Shown here: positions 9,179 through 18,652 of the stretch, one piece after another
How positions within the stretch are numbered: the first letter of the stretch is position 1
Layout: every line of letters begins with the position of its first letter
NCBI GenBank assembly: GCA_963850425.1
Contig: CAWKLF010000008.1
Location: forward strand, 154,421-218,420
DNA: 64,000 nucleotides
DNA from: an uncultured Acidobacteriota bacterium
GTDB lineage: Bacteria > Acidobacteriota > Terriglobia > Terriglobales > Acidobacteriaceae
Reading direction: 5' to 3'
The notes under the pieces: model-generated
Told to the model about the DNA's origin: nothing
The model's database searches: none
The model's input: the letters and a program-made list of their open reading frames with translations, nothing else
Made by a program: the position numbers and the translations under genes

Positions 9179-10015
9179 TTAAATCTTCCCCGAAAGGGCG
9201 CCATACAGCATTTCGCCACCCAGTGCCACGATTACCGCAGCGAAGACCCAGCGCAATTGTTGTGTCTTAGTGCGTGCAAGCATTCGCGCTCCGACGAGCG
9301 AACCTGCAAGCACTCCTAGCACGACCGGCATTGCTAGTCCGGGATCGACGTAGCCGCGACTCAGGTAGACACCGGCGCTAGCCGCGGCTGTGACCCCGAT
9401 CATAAAGTTGCTGGTCGTCGTGGATACTTTGAAAGGGATGCCCATGGCGCGGTCCATCGCAAGAACTTTGACGGCTCCGGAACCAATGCCCAATAGGCCA
9501 GACAGGGCGCCTGCTCCGAACATTAAACCAAATCCGGCCGGAACGCGGTGAACGTAGTAGGCCTTTGGCCCAGCCAGCGATGGATAAACTCCGTTCATTC
9601 CAAGACGCGTCGCCAACGGGTCAGGAGGGTCGTCGGCGGGAACCTCCACCGGAGTTCTGCTCGAGGCATAGCCAGAATAAAGAAGAACGAGGCCGAAGAC
9701 CGCGCCGATCGCCGCCGTTGATACACGAGCTGCTAGAAATGCTCCAAAAAGTGCACCCAGCGTAGTCGCCACTTCCAGGAACATGCCAATCCGGATATTG
9801 GAGAAACCATCCTTCAGGTAAGCCACCGCAGCTCCTGATGACGTAGCAATCACTGATACCAAAGAGGCCCCCACGGCATACCGGATGTCCACCTTGAAAA
9901 CAAGAGTCAGCAGTGGGACGAGCACCACGCCTCCGCCTAGTCCCGTTAGCGCGCCCAGGAATCCCGCCATGAACGAGCCTAGGCCGACCAGGAACGTGAA
10001 CTCGAGATTGTTCAT
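9179..10015 (-). CDS. TauE/SafE-family sulfite/organosulfonate exporter-type permease
   Basis: 278 aa, polytopic and Gly-rich (GALTGLGGGVVLVPLL, and the repeat GLLGIGSGAV), typical of the TauE family. Confidence 0.7.
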   Translation of the reverse strand: MNNLEFTFLVGLGSFMAGFLGALTGLGGGVVLVPLLTLVFKVDIRYAVGASLVSVIATSSGAAVAYLKDGFSNIRIGMFLEVATTLGALFGAFLAARVSTAAIGAVFGLVLLYSGYASSRTPVEVPADDPPDPLATRLGMNGVYPSLAGPKAYYVHRVPAGFGLMFGAGALSGLLGIGSGAVKVLAMDRAMGIPFKVSTTTSNFMIGVTAAASAGVYLSRGYVDPGLAMPVVLGVLAGSLVGARMLARTKTQQLRWVFAAVIVALGGEMLYGALSGKI

Positions 10016-10172
10016 CCCGCCTCCCGATCCAGTGTGCCATAAGCGGCATCAACTGTTCCGGAATGAGGGTTGATACACGAGATGCTCTCTACATGTTTGA
10101 GGCAGGCGTACGAACTCCAGGCGGCTCGCTGAGGATAGAAGCCTGCTTATGTTGACGCGGCAAATCTTTGGA

Positions 10173-10934
10173 TTACGATCCGCCAGATAAGCCGATTTGG
10201 ACCAGCGGCACGTTCGCAGCGGGCGCGTCGGGTAAGTGCAGTCCGCACTCCGTCTTTTGAAATCCCGCCCAGCGGCCGGCGCGGGGATCTTCTCCTGGCC
10301 GAACCGCTCGGGTGCAATGGGTGCATCCGATGCTCGTGTAATTTGCGTCGTGCAGAGGATTGTATGGGACGTTGTTTTCGCGGATGTAGTCCCATACGTC
10401 ATCATTGGTCCAATCCGCAATGGGGTTGATCTTGACCAGCTGAAACTTCTGATCCCACTCAACCTTCCGGGCATTCGCCCGCTCCTTGGTCTGATCGCGC
10501 CGGATGGCGGTGATCCATGCCCGCAGCGAACTTAGCTTCTCTTTGAGCGGCTCAACTTTGCGCAAGGAGCAGCATTGATCGGGGTTCGTCGACCACAGCG
10601 CTTCTCCGTAGACTTCGGCTTGATCGGACGGCGTAAGCCGCGGCTGCACCCTCTCCACCTCAACTCCATAACGGCTCTCCACTTCGCCGATGAGCTGGTA
10701 GGTTTCGGGAAACAGAAATCCGGTATCGATGGTGAAAACGCGCAGCGAGGGATTGAGGCGAGCGGCGATGTCAATCAACGCCATGCCCTCCGGGCCGAAT
10801 CCGGACGCCATCTCGATGGTAGGGCCGAAGGTGCGGAATGACCATGCGAGCACTTCTTGCGGCGTCCAACCTTCTGCGATTTCCTGCGTTTCTTTCAGAT
10901 GCTTGATCACCGTCTCCACTCCAGGCGTTCCCAA
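10173..10934 (-). CDS. cysH: Assimilatory adenylyl-sulfate/PAPS reductase (Fe-S type)
   Basis: 253 aa. Has the CCSLRKVEPL and IGCTHCT cysteine pairs plus the C-terminal ECGLH catalytic motif. Confidence 0.85.
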   Translation of the reverse strand: MGTPGVETVIKHLKETQEIAEGWTPQEVLAWSFRTFGPTIEMASGFGPEGMALIDIAARLNPSLRVFTIDTGFLFPETYQLIGEVESRYGVEVERVQPRLTPSDQAEVYGEALWSTNPDQCCSLRKVEPLKEKLSSLRAWITAIRRDQTKERANARKVEWDQKFQLVKINPIADWTNDDVWDYIRENNVPYNPLHDANYTSIGCTHCTRAVRPGEDPRAGRWAGFQKTECGLHLPDAPAANVPLVQIGLSGGS

Positions 10935-11734
10935 AGCTCACGGGTGGCGAAAACGAATTGCGGCTCGCCAGCCCGGTGGATCGGCTGCGCTGACTTCCAC
11001 GAAGCCAATTCAACTTCCTCGACCACCGGCGCTGAGGCCAGAACCTCTCCAATCAACAAAAGCGTCGGTGCCGGCAGCTGCGGCGCTCCGGCCAATTCAG
11101 CGACCGTTGTCCGGTGAACCTGCTGTGCCTTTGAAGTTGCTCGTGAGACGATCGCACACGGTGTCGCGGGATTCATGCCGGCGCCAATCAACTGATCAGC
11201 CGTTTCGCCATAGTGAAAACCGGGCATGTAAACCGCAAGGGTCGCTCCCGATGCAACGTAGGCCGGCCAGGCCACTGCTTGTTCGGGATTCGCAGGATGA
11301 CTTGAGAGAAGGATCACTGCGGATGATTTGTCGCGGTGCGTAAGGGAGACGTGCGCCGCGGCGGCGGATGCAAGCGCCGAAGTCACGCCCGGAACAACTT
11401 CAAACTCGACGCTTGCTTTACCGAGAGCGTCCATTTCTTCGCCTCCCCGGCCGAAGATCGAAGGATCACCGCCCTTCAGACGAACCACCTGCAAACCGAA
11501 CGACGCGAAAGCGATCAGGAGTGCATTGATCTCCAGCTGCGGCGTACTCTTTCTGCCGCAACGTTTGCCGACGTTGCGGATATGCGCCGTGGCGGGAATC
11601 AATTCCAGAATTTCGGAGCTGATCAGATCATCGTGCAGGACGACGTCAGCGCTCCGGATTAACTTGAGAGCTTTGACGGTCAGCAAATCGGGATCGCCAG
11701 GACCCGCTCCGACGAGAAACACCTTACCGTTCAT
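10907..11734 (-). CDS. cobA: Uroporphyrinogen-III C-methyltransferase (SUMT)
   Basis: The ORF track gives 10907..11803. I place the start at ATG 11734 (MNGKVFLVGAGPGDPDLLTVKALKLIRSADVVLHDDL). It overlaps the upstream gene by 11 nt and cysH by 28 nt. Confidence 0.8.
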   Translation of the reverse strand: MNGKVFLVGAGPGDPDLLTVKALKLIRSADVVLHDDLISSEILELIPATAHIRNVGKRCGRKSTPQLEINALLIAFASFGLQVVRLKGGDPSIFGRGGEEMDALGKASVEFEVVPGVTSALASAAAAHVSLTHRDKSSAVILLSSHPANPEQAVAWPAYVASGATLAVYMPGFHYGETADQLIGAGMNPATPCAIVSRATSKAQQVHRTTVAELAGAPQLPAPTLLLIGEVLASAPVVEEVELASWKSAQPIHRAGEPQFVFATRELWERLEWRR

Positions 11735-12341
11735 GCGCGGCCTCCGGCACAAGGACGTCGCCGGGAAGGGTTGCATCAAAGGGCCTGCGCGCGGCCCATT
11801 CATGCAGCACCTTTCGCCGGTAATCCGGATTCAATGCCCGCCGGAATAGCTGGCTGCGAATCTTGCCCAGTTGCTCGATCCAGCCCGCGTAAAACGGCGC
11901 CAGTTGACCTTCAAATTCGCGGCGCAGCTTTTGCGCGAGTGCGGGACTCTTTCCTTCGGTGGAAATCGCAACCTGGAGAGCTCCACGCCGAACCACCGCT
12001 GGGTAATAGAAGTCGCAGCGGTCGGGGTCGTCCACCACGTTGCAGAGAATCTGACGGCGGGTAGCCTCGCGGTACACCAGATCGTTTATCGCAACTGAAG
12101 ACGTGGCGCTAATCACCAAAAAGATCGCATCAAGATCGGATGCTTCAAACTCGCGGGCTTCCCACGTGAGGACTCCCGTACGCGCCCAGCCAGCGACGGC
12201 AGGAGTCACCCAAGGAGCGACAACCCGAACCTTGGCATGAGCGACCAACAAGCTGCGAATCTTCGATTCACCAATCTTGCCGGCTCCCACCACCAAGCAC
12301 GACCGGCCTTCGAGTTTCAGGAACATTGGAAAAAGACTCAT
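11724..12341 (-). CDS. Precorrin-2 dehydrogenase / sirohydrochlorin ferrochelatase (CysG N-terminal-type, SirC/Met8-like)
   Basis: 205 aa. N-terminal MFLKLEGRSCLVVGAGKIG NAD-binding motif. Sits between sir and cobA. Confidence 0.75.
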   Translation of the reverse strand: MSLFPMFLKLEGRSCLVVGAGKIGESKIRSLLVAHAKVRVVAPWVTPAVAGWARTGVLTWEAREFEASDLDAIFLVISATSSVAINDLVYREATRRQILCNVVDDPDRCDFYYPAVVRRGALQVAISTEGKSPALAQKLRREFEGQLAPFYAGWIEQLGKIRSQLFRRALNPDYRRKVLHEWAARRPFDATLPGDVLVPEAAHER

Positions 12342-12359
12342 AGCGTCCTCTACTGCCCT

Positions 12360-14063
12360 CTATCCTTCAATTCCGTGCGGCACCCGCCCCGGCGACGGAT
12401 CGCGCAATACTGGGCCGATCCACTCCCCTGCCAAACACTCGCGCATCTCTTCATCACTATGGCGTGCAAAGAACTGGCGCAGGTTTTCTTTCGGGCGCCG
12501 ATCGTCGAGATAACGACGCAGTAGTCGCTCGATGGCATCGGGCACTTCACTGGCCAGGCAGCGATATCCGACCGCGCGTGCAATTGATTGGTGCACCCCT
12601 ACCGCTCCGCCGACGCAGAAGTAATAAGCGTCCTGCATGCGATCGCCTACCTTGATCTTCTTGCCCTCGATGCCAATGTCGGCGATCCAATGTTGGCCGC
12701 AACTGTTCGGGCAGCCGGTGACGTGCAGTTTCAGGTGCTGCTCAAATCCAGGAAGCCGCTCTTCCAGTTCCTCGACCAGCCAGCGTGAGAAAGCCTTGGT
12801 TTCGGTGATCGCAAGCTTGCAGAATTCGGAGCCGCTGCACGCAATTGCGCCCCGCCAGAAGGCCGAACCCTGCACAGGCATGCCGGCGGCAGTCAGCTCT
12901 TTTGCCAGCGGATCGACGTTCTCGCGCGGAACGTTCACAACGATTAAGTTCTGCATGTTGGTGATGCGGACTTCGCCGGTTGCCATACGATCCGCCAGAT
13001 CAGCGGCAGTCTGCATTTGCGCCGCTGAAATTCTTCCCCGCAACACCGCAGCACCCAGATAGAACTGGCCGGCCTGTTTCTGAGCATGGATACCAACGTG
13101 ATCGCGGTACACATCGTCTGGTGGTTGCTCGTCCGCAGCAGGTTCGAGTTTGAAACCGATGCGCTTCTCGAGTTCTCGTTGAAAGGTTTCCGCAGTCCAG
13201 CCATGGCGTAAAAATAGAAATTTCAAACGGGCGCGTTCGCGATTCTCGCGGAGGACATCGCTGTCACGGAAAATCTCGGCGATGCCCCGCAGGACCGGGA
13301 TAACCTCGCTTTGTCGCACGAATGCGTTAAGCCGGGTTGCAAGATGAGGATCAGCAGAAAGCCCTCCCGCGACCCGCAGCGAGAACCCAATTTCATTTTG
13401 GCTACGCAGCCGGCGGGTTACAGCAGTGAGTCCAACGTCATTAATCTCCGGATAAGCGCACCACGAGCGGCATCCCGTGATGCAAATCTTGAACTTTCGG
13501 GGGAGGTTGTAAAACTCGGCGTTGCCCACGAAGAAGCGGTTCGCCTCAAGTGCCAGGGCTGAGGCATCGAAAATCTCTTCGGCATCGACTCCGGCCAGCG
13601 GGCAACCTGTGATATTGCGTGTGTCGTCACCGCAGGAGCCTTTTGTCGTGAGTCCTGCTCCCCACAGGCTGTCGAGAACTTCGGGGAGGGCTTCAATCGT
13701 CACCCAATGTAACTGGATGTTTTGCCGGACCGTGAGGTCCGCATTCCCACGAGCGTAACGTTCAGTGACTTCAGCAATGGTGCGCAGTTGGTGAGCCTGC
13801 AACAAGCCGTTCGGTATCCGGATGCGCACCATGAAGTACGGCAGAGCTTTCCCCTCACCGTTCTTCCCTCCGACGACGCCCGCGCCATCGCCCTGGGTGT
13901 AAACGCCCCACCAACGGAAATATGTACCGATCCATTCCGGGGGAATTGCGGTGAAACCTTCCCGCGCGAACTGGCGAATCTCGTCGAGGCCCTCCCACGG
14001 GTTGCGCTCCCGTTTGAGCCGCTCGACACGTTGCGCTTTCGTTTCTTTGGCTGGAATTGTCAT
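12360..14063 (-). CDS. sir: Ferredoxin-type sulfite (nitrite/sulfite) reductase hemoprotein
   Basis: 567 aa. Two NIR_SIR repeats, with a siroheme/4Fe-4S cysteine cluster (CSGSEFCKLAITETK ... VTGCPNSCGQHW). Confidence 0.85.
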   Translation of the reverse strand: MTIPAKETKAQRVERLKRERNPWEGLDEIRQFAREGFTAIPPEWIGTYFRWWGVYTQGDGAGVVGGKNGEGKALPYFMVRIRIPNGLLQAHQLRTIAEVTERYARGNADLTVRQNIQLHWVTIEALPEVLDSLWGAGLTTKGSCGDDTRNITGCPLAGVDAEEIFDASALALEANRFFVGNAEFYNLPRKFKICITGCRSWCAYPEINDVGLTAVTRRLRSQNEIGFSLRVAGGLSADPHLATRLNAFVRQSEVIPVLRGIAEIFRDSDVLRENRERARLKFLFLRHGWTAETFQRELEKRIGFKLEPAADEQPPDDVYRDHVGIHAQKQAGQFYLGAAVLRGRISAAQMQTAADLADRMATGEVRITNMQNLIVVNVPRENVDPLAKELTAAGMPVQGSAFWRGAIACSGSEFCKLAITETKAFSRWLVEELEERLPGFEQHLKLHVTGCPNSCGQHWIADIGIEGKKIKVGDRMQDAYYFCVGGAVGVHQSIARAVGYRCLASEVPDAIERLLRRYLDDRRPKENLRQFFARHSDEEMRECLAGEWIGPVLRDPSPGRVPHGIEG

Positions 14064-14107
14064 AAATGCAAAAAGCCCACCGCCAGTTTGTCTACTGGCG
14101 GTGGGCT
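14064..14107 (-). terminator. Intrinsic-terminator-like hairpin immediately upstream of the sir start codon (attenuator)
   Basis: The minus strand reads AGCCCACCGCCAGT-agacaa-ACTGGCGGTGGGCT (14107->14074, a 14-bp perfect stem), then TTTTGCATTT, then the sir ATG (14063). The only purine-rich SD-like stretch (GGTGGG) lies inside the 3' arm. Confidence 0.7.
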
Positions 14108-14133
14108 GATAATTGCTGATTCTTAATGACTTA

Positions 14134-14226
14134 TTACGTCAGCAGCCTCCCAGTGCCAGAAGACACGTGTGCGCAACAACAAGTACAACAACACATCGTG
14201 GAGGTCTGGCGAGAGGCCAACATCAT
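14134..14226 (-). promoter_or_regulatory. Cysteine-rich leader peptide ORF (MMLASRQTSTMCCCTCCCAHVSSGTGRLLT*)
   Basis: Hand translation of the minus strand: atg atg ttg gcc tct cgc cag acc tcc acg atg tgt tgt tgt act tgt tgt tgc gca cac ... taa. Six Cys codons fall in a 7-codon run (14193-14173). It lies between a strong promoter and the terminator hairpin, upstream of the sulfate-to-sulfide (cysteine precursor) operon. Confidence 0.65.
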
Positions 14227-14232
14227 CGGCAG

Positions 14233-14261
14233 ATACTAGAGGGAAACCAGGATCCTGTCAA
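14233..14261 (-). promoter_or_regulatory. Sigma70-like promoter for the cys leader / sir operon
   Basis: The minus strand reads TTGACA (14261-14256), a 17-nt spacer, then TAGTAT (14238-14233). The first leader ATG (14226) lies 6 nt after the -10 element. Confidence 0.55.
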
Positions 14262-14339
14262 CTGCAGAAGTTGCCGGCCCTATGCAAAATTTGAATAGGT
14301 ACAATCGAATAATTGGAGTCACCGGTCTTCAGTTGGACT

Positions 14340-14368
14340 TTGACGAGCATTCCAAGCTGGATTATTGT
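14340..14368 (+). promoter_or_regulatory. Sigma70-like promoter for the his leader / his operon
   Basis: TTGACG (14340-14345), a 17-nt spacer, then TATTGT (14363-14368). The leader ATG lies 11 nt downstream. Confidence 0.5.
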
Positions 14369-14379
14369 GTGGAAGTCCG

Positions 14380-14448
14380 ATGCTGACCCATCGCCATCAC
14401 CGCCATCATCATCACGCGCACAGCGCGTTGGCGGCGGTGCCGGTCTAA
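14380..14448 (+). promoter_or_regulatory. hisL: Histidine operon leader peptide ORF (MLTHRHHRHHHHAHSALAAVPV*)
   Basis: Hand translation gives 8 His among codons 4-14. It is followed 29 nt later by an intrinsic terminator and then hisI. Confidence 0.85.
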
Positions 14449-14476
14449 GTCTGACTTAAGCACTCATCGAATCACG

Positions 14477-14519
14477 AGCCCGCTGACGCGAAAGCTTCAG
14501 CGGGCTTTTCTTTTTCTGC
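14477..14519 (+). terminator. his attenuator terminator
   Basis: AGCCCGCTGA (14477-86) pairs with TCAGCGGGCT (14497-506). There is an inner GC pair and a GAAA loop, then TTTCTTTTTCT. The hisI RBS (GGGGGAG) and ATG follow at 14530. Confidence 0.8.
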
Positions 14520-14529
14520 GGGGGAGAAT

Positions 14530-14895
14530 ATGGACATGAAGATCGATTTCGAAAAGATGCAGGGGCTGGTACCGGCTATTGTGCAGGACAAGGATACGGA
14601 GCAGGTCCTCATGCTGGGTTTCATGAATGAGCAGGCCTTTGCGCGCACTCTGGCATGCGGGTACGTCACATTCTTCAGCCGGACTCGCAATGAGCTTTGG
14701 ACCAAGGGTGAGACTTCCGGCAACCGGCTGAAAGTTCTTTCGATCAGCACCGATTGTGATCGCGATACTTTCCTGGTCCAGGTCCAGGTCGAGGGCGCAG
14801 GAGTCGTCTGCCATCTCGGAACCCGATCGTGTTTTACCGAGAGTCTGCCGATCGCGCCCCTGGCGATTGCCGGACCGCAGGAGGCAAAGCGATGA
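14530..14895 (+). CDS. hisI: Phosphoribosyl-AMP cyclohydrolase (monofunctional; no HisE domain)
   Basis: 121 aa: [26 protein letters not shown]...[13 protein letters not shown]...[11 protein letters not shown]. Confidence 0.9.
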   Translation: MDMKIDFEKMQGLVPAIVQDKDTEQVLMLGFMNEQAFARTLACGYVTFFSRTRNELWTKGETSGNRLKVLSISTDCDRDTFLVQVQVEGAGVVCHLGTRSCFTESLPIAPLAIAGPQEAKR

Positions 14896-15761
14896 AACTG
14901 CGATTGGGAATCCCCAAGGGCAGCCTTCAGGAAGCCACACTGCATCTGTTCGCGCGCGCCGGGTTGCGTGTTTATACAAACGCGCGCTCGTATTTCGCCT
15001 CCACCGGCGATCCGGATATCGAATGCATGCTGATTCGCGCACAGGAGATGGCGCGTTACGTGGAACACGGCGCCCTGGACGCCGGACTCACCGGCATTGA
15101 CTGGGTGGTAGAGAGCGGCCTCGAAGTTGTCCCGGTCGCCGACTTGATTTACGCGAAACAAAGTCGCGGAAAAGTCCGATGGGTACTCGCCGCTCCCGAG
15201 GACTCCGCGTTCCAACGAGCAGAAGACCTCGCTGGCAAGATCATCGCAACTGAACTGGTGAACGTCACTCGCAACTACTTCCGGGCCAGGAATGTAGACG
15301 TCCAAGTCGAGTTTTCCTGGGGCGCAACTGAAGTGAAACCTCCCATGCTCGCGGACGCGATCGTCGAAGTGACCGAGACCGGCAGTTCCCTGCGAGCTAA
15401 TCGGCTCCGCATTCTCGATACTGTGCTCGAGTCCAACACCCAAATTATCGCGAACCGTTCAGCATGGGCGGATAGTGAACGGCGGCGTAAGATCGAAAAT
15501 CTCGCATTGATGCTCCGCGGGGCGATGGAAGCCCAGGATCGCGTCGGACTGATGCTCAACGTGCGCAAACAGGATTTGAATGGCGTTTTAGCGGTATTGC
15601 CCGCCTTGCAGAATCCGACAATCTCGACGCTGAGTGACAGCGACTGGATGGCCGTCAACACCGTCATCGAGGAATCCGCGGCGTGGCAAGTGATTCCCCG
15701 CCTGAAGGCAGCACAAGCGGAGGGCATTGTCGAGTATCCGCTGAACAAGGTGGTGATGTGA
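14892..15761 (+). CDS. hisG: ATP phosphoribosyltransferase (long form)
   Basis: Start placed at ATG 14892 ([20 protein letters not shown]), with an ATGA overlap with hisI. The ORF-track start at 14829 lies inside hisI. Confidence 0.9.
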   Translation: MKLRLGIPKGSLQEATLHLFARAGLRVYTNARSYFASTGDPDIECMLIRAQEMARYVEHGALDAGLTGIDWVVESGLEVVPVADLIYAKQSRGKVRWVLAAPEDSAFQRAEDLAGKIIATELVNVTRNYFRARNVDVQVEFSWGATEVKPPMLADAIVEVTETGSSLRANRLRILDTVLESNTQIIANRSAWADSERRRKIENLALMLRGAMEAQDRVGLMLNVRKQDLNGVLAVLPALQNPTISTLSDSDWMAVNTVIEESAAWQVIPRLKAAQAEGIVEYPLNKVVM

Positions 15762-16996
15762 TGCGGATTCTTTCCGGAGATGCTGCTCTGCGCCGGGTAA
15801 GCAAACTGGAGTTCCGCAGCACAGACTTCGCAATTGTGGAGCCTAAGGTCCATAAGATTGTGGACGATGTCCGGCGCAGGGGTGACCGGGCCTTGCGCAA
15901 TTATGCGACAAAGCTGGATGGTTTGGCTCGCAACGCCCACATCAGGGTTTCGCAGGCCGAACTGAAAGCCTCGTGGGCACTTGCACCTCGGGATTTGCGG
16001 GTTTCGTTACGGCAGGCGGCCAGTAATATTCGGCGTTTCTGCCGATGGCAACGTCCGCGAGAGTGGAGTCGGAGCGCGCGAGGCATCTCGGTGGGCCAGG
16101 TGCTGCGCCCGCTCGGATCCGTCGGCTGTTATGTTCCGGGTGGAAGGCATCCACTGGTTTCCACACTCCTGATGACTGCGATCCCGGCGCAGGTCGCCGG
16201 GGTGAAGAATATTCGAGTAGTCAGCCCCAACCCGGGGAGTGAGATGCTCGCAGCAGCATACATGCTGGGCCTGCGTGAAGTTTACCGGGTGGGAGGCGCG
16301 CAGGCCATTGCCGCTCTGGCGTACGGCACGAGCAGCCTTCCACGGGTCGACAAAATTGTTGGGCCCGGCAATGTCTATGTGACGGTGGCGAAGAAACTGG
16401 TGTCATTTGATTGCGCCATTGATTTCCTTGCCGGCCCGACAGAGGTGGTGGTTTTTAGCGAACGTGGGCGCGCAGAGTTCATAGCGGCAGACCTGATTGC
16501 ACAAGCCGAGCACGATCCAGCTGCTTTGCCCATCTTCATCACGACTTCGAAACGGCTCGCTCGAGACGTGAGCCGAGCCCTGTCGAACGTTCGAAATCAG
16601 ATCGCATCTCAATCGATTCAGCGGAATGGAGCCATCCTGCTGGCCAAGTCACGTTCCCAGGCGCTGGCGTGGACCAATCGGATCGCCGCCGAACACATCA
16701 CCGTAGACGCGAGAGATTTGCCTTTTGTTCACAACGCAGGCTCGATTTTCATCGGTGACTATTCGGCGCAGGCGGCAGGCGACTACGCGTCCGGACCAAA
16801 TCATGTGTTGCCAACCGCCGGAGTCGCACGCTTCCGCGGTGGACTCACGGTGAACGACTTCGTCAAAGTGATTACCGTTCAACAGCTTTCAAAATCCGGG
16901 CTCAACCGGATCGGCAGGGCGGTCATCTGCCTGGCCGAGATAGAAGGATTGACTGCACACGCCGAATCCATTCGCACGAGGTGTCCCGATGCTTAA
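15761..16996 (+). CDS. hisD: Histidinol dehydrogenase
   Basis: Start placed at ATG 15761 ([10 protein letters not shown]...), a 1-nt overlap with the hisG stop. Conserved AQAEHD and GDYASGPNHVLPT motifs. Confidence 0.9.
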   Translation: MRILSGDAALRRVSKLEFRSTDFAIVEPKVHKIVDDVRRRGDRALRNYATKLDGLARNAHIRVSQAELKASWALAPRDLRVSLRQAASNIRRFCRWQRPREWSRSARGISVGQVLRPLGSVGCYVPGGRHPLVSTLLMTAIPAQVAGVKNIRVVSPNPGSEMLAAAYMLGLREVYRVGGAQAIAALAYGTSSLPRVDKIVGPGNVYVTVAKKLVSFDCAIDFLAGPTEVVVFSERGRAEFIAADLIAQAEHDPAALPIFITTSKRLARDVSRALSNVRNQIASQSIQRNGAILLAKSRSQALAWTNRIAAEHITVDARDLPFVHNAGSIFIGDYSAQAAGDYASGPNHVLPTAGVARFRGGLTVNDFVKVITVQQLSKSGLNRIGRAVICLAEIEGLTAHAESIRTRCPDA

Positions 16997-18068
16997 AGGG
17001 CGGAGTGCAGTGCGTAATCTGCCTGGTTACCATCCGCCCCTCGGGGGCCGCGCTGGGTTACGGCTCGATTTCAACGAAAACGCGGTGGGGTGTTCGCCCC
17101 GAGTTCTCGAACGGCTCCGCAAAATTGGCGCGGAGGAGCTCTCGCGCTATCCCGAGCGCGACCCGGTGGAGGCTGTTGCCGCCGGGCATCTGGGCGTGAA
17201 ACCTGAAGAACTGCTGCTCACCAACGGTGTGGACGAAGCCATCCACCTCGTGTGCCAAACCTATCTGGATGCCGATGACGAAGTCATGATCGTGGTGCCG
17301 ACGTTCGCGATGTACGAGATTTTCGCGTCGGCGACCGGAGCCCGAATGGTCAAGGTACCCGCAGGCGCTCACTTTTCATTTCCGACCAACACTGTTCTGC
17401 AACACATCACTCCCCAGACACGGCTCATTGCGATCGCGAACCCCAATAACCCCACGGGCACGGCGGTGTCATTGGATGACCTGCGTCTCATTGCGCGATC
17501 GGCACCCGACGCGGCAGTTCTGGTGGACGAGGCCTACTACGAATTTCACGGCGAATCACTGCTGCGCCAATGGACCGAATTCCCGAATATTTTCGTGGCC
17601 CGCACTTTCTCGAAAGCGTACGGCCTCGCCGGACTGCGAGCGGGCCTGTTGATGGGCAGCGCGGAGGCCATGCAGCAGGTTCGTAAAGTTGCGTCCCCCT
17701 ACAGCGTGAACGCTGTCGCGCTCGCATGTCTGCCAGATGCGCTGCGCGATGCCGCCTATGTCCACGACTACGTGAAAGATGTCTGCGCCGGACGGGATAG
17801 ATTGGAGGAGAAGTTGAAGGGTCTTGGCATTCCCTTCTGGCCTAGCCGGGCGAACTTCGTGCTCATACGCATCGGCGAACAGAACTCCGCTTTTGTTCGG
17901 GCAATGCGGGAGCGCGGAATTCTCGTGAGAGACCGGTCGCGCGATACGGGGTGCGAAGGTTGCGTACGCATCACGCTTGGGTCGATGAAACAGACCGACC
18001 AACTGCTTTCGGCCTTGCGGGAGACCCTGCAGGAGCTCGGCCTCGCGCGGCAGGAGGTACGTCCATGA
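16989..18068 (+). CDS. hisC: Histidinol-phosphate aminotransferase
   Basis: 359 aa, class-II aminotransferase. Has [14 protein letters not shown] (PLP lysine). Confidence 0.9.
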   Translation: MLKGRSAVRNLPGYHPPLGGRAGLRLDFNENAVGCSPRVLERLRKIGAEELSRYPERDPVEAVAAGHLGVKPEELLLTNGVDEAIHLVCQTYLDADDEVMIVVPTFAMYEIFASATGARMVKVPAGAHFSFPTNTVLQHITPQTRLIAIANPNNPTGTAVSLDDLRLIARSAPDAAVLVDEAYYEFHGESLLRQWTEFPNIFVARTFSKAYGLAGLRAGLLMGSAEAMQQVRKVASPYSVNAVALACLPDALRDAAYVHDYVKDVCAGRDRLEEKLKGLGIPFWPSRANFVLIRIGEQNSAFVRAMRERGILVRDRSRDTGCEGCVRITLGSMKQTDQLLSALRETLQELGLARQEVRP

Positions 18069-18652
18069 GAAAGGCGCGAATCCACCGCCCCACCAAAGAA
18101 ACAGACATTCTGGCTGTTTTGAATATCGACGGCCAGGGTCGCTACAAAGTTTCCACCGGCATACGCTTCTTCGATCACATGCTCGAATTGTTCGCCCATC
18201 ATGGCGGTTTCGACCTGGAAATCAAGGCACGAGGTGACCTTGATGTAGATCAGCACCATACGGTGGAAGATGTTGGCATCGTCCTCGGCCAAGCCTTTGA
18301 CAAGGCGCTCGGCAACAAAAAAGGGATCCTGCGAGCAGGATATTTCCTGATGCCGATGGATGAGACGCTAGGGATGGCCGCCGTGGACTTTTGCGGCCGC
18401 ACTTCGATTCGCGTGGACACCAAGGTGCGCGCGCGCCTGGTGGGTGATCTGCAAGCCGAACTCGTGCATGACTTTTTTGAAGGCTTCGCTCGCGGCGCTC
18501 GAGCGAACGTTCACACGCGTGTCTTATACGGCCGCTCGAACCACCACAAGGTCGAGTCCTTGTTCAAGGCTTTCGCCCGGGCGGTTCGCGGCGCTTGCTG
18601 GCGGGATCAGCGCATGGCCCGTTTCATTCCCAGCACCAAAGGCGTTTTATGA
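18065..18652 (+). CDS. hisB: Imidazoleglycerol-phosphate dehydratase (monofunctional)
   Basis: Start placed at ATG 18065 ([15 protein letters not shown]), with an ATGA overlap with hisC. Has the [12 protein letters not shown] and HHKVES motifs. Confidence 0.9.
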   Translation: MRKARIHRPTKETDILAVLNIDGQGRYKVSTGIRFFDHMLELFAHHGGFDLEIKARGDLDVDQHHTVEDVGIVLGQAFDKALGNKKGILRAGYFLMPMDETLGMAAVDFCGRTSIRVDTKVRARLVGDLQAELVHDFFEGFARGARANVHTRVLYGRSNHHKVESLFKAFARAVRGACWRDQRMARFIPSTKGVL

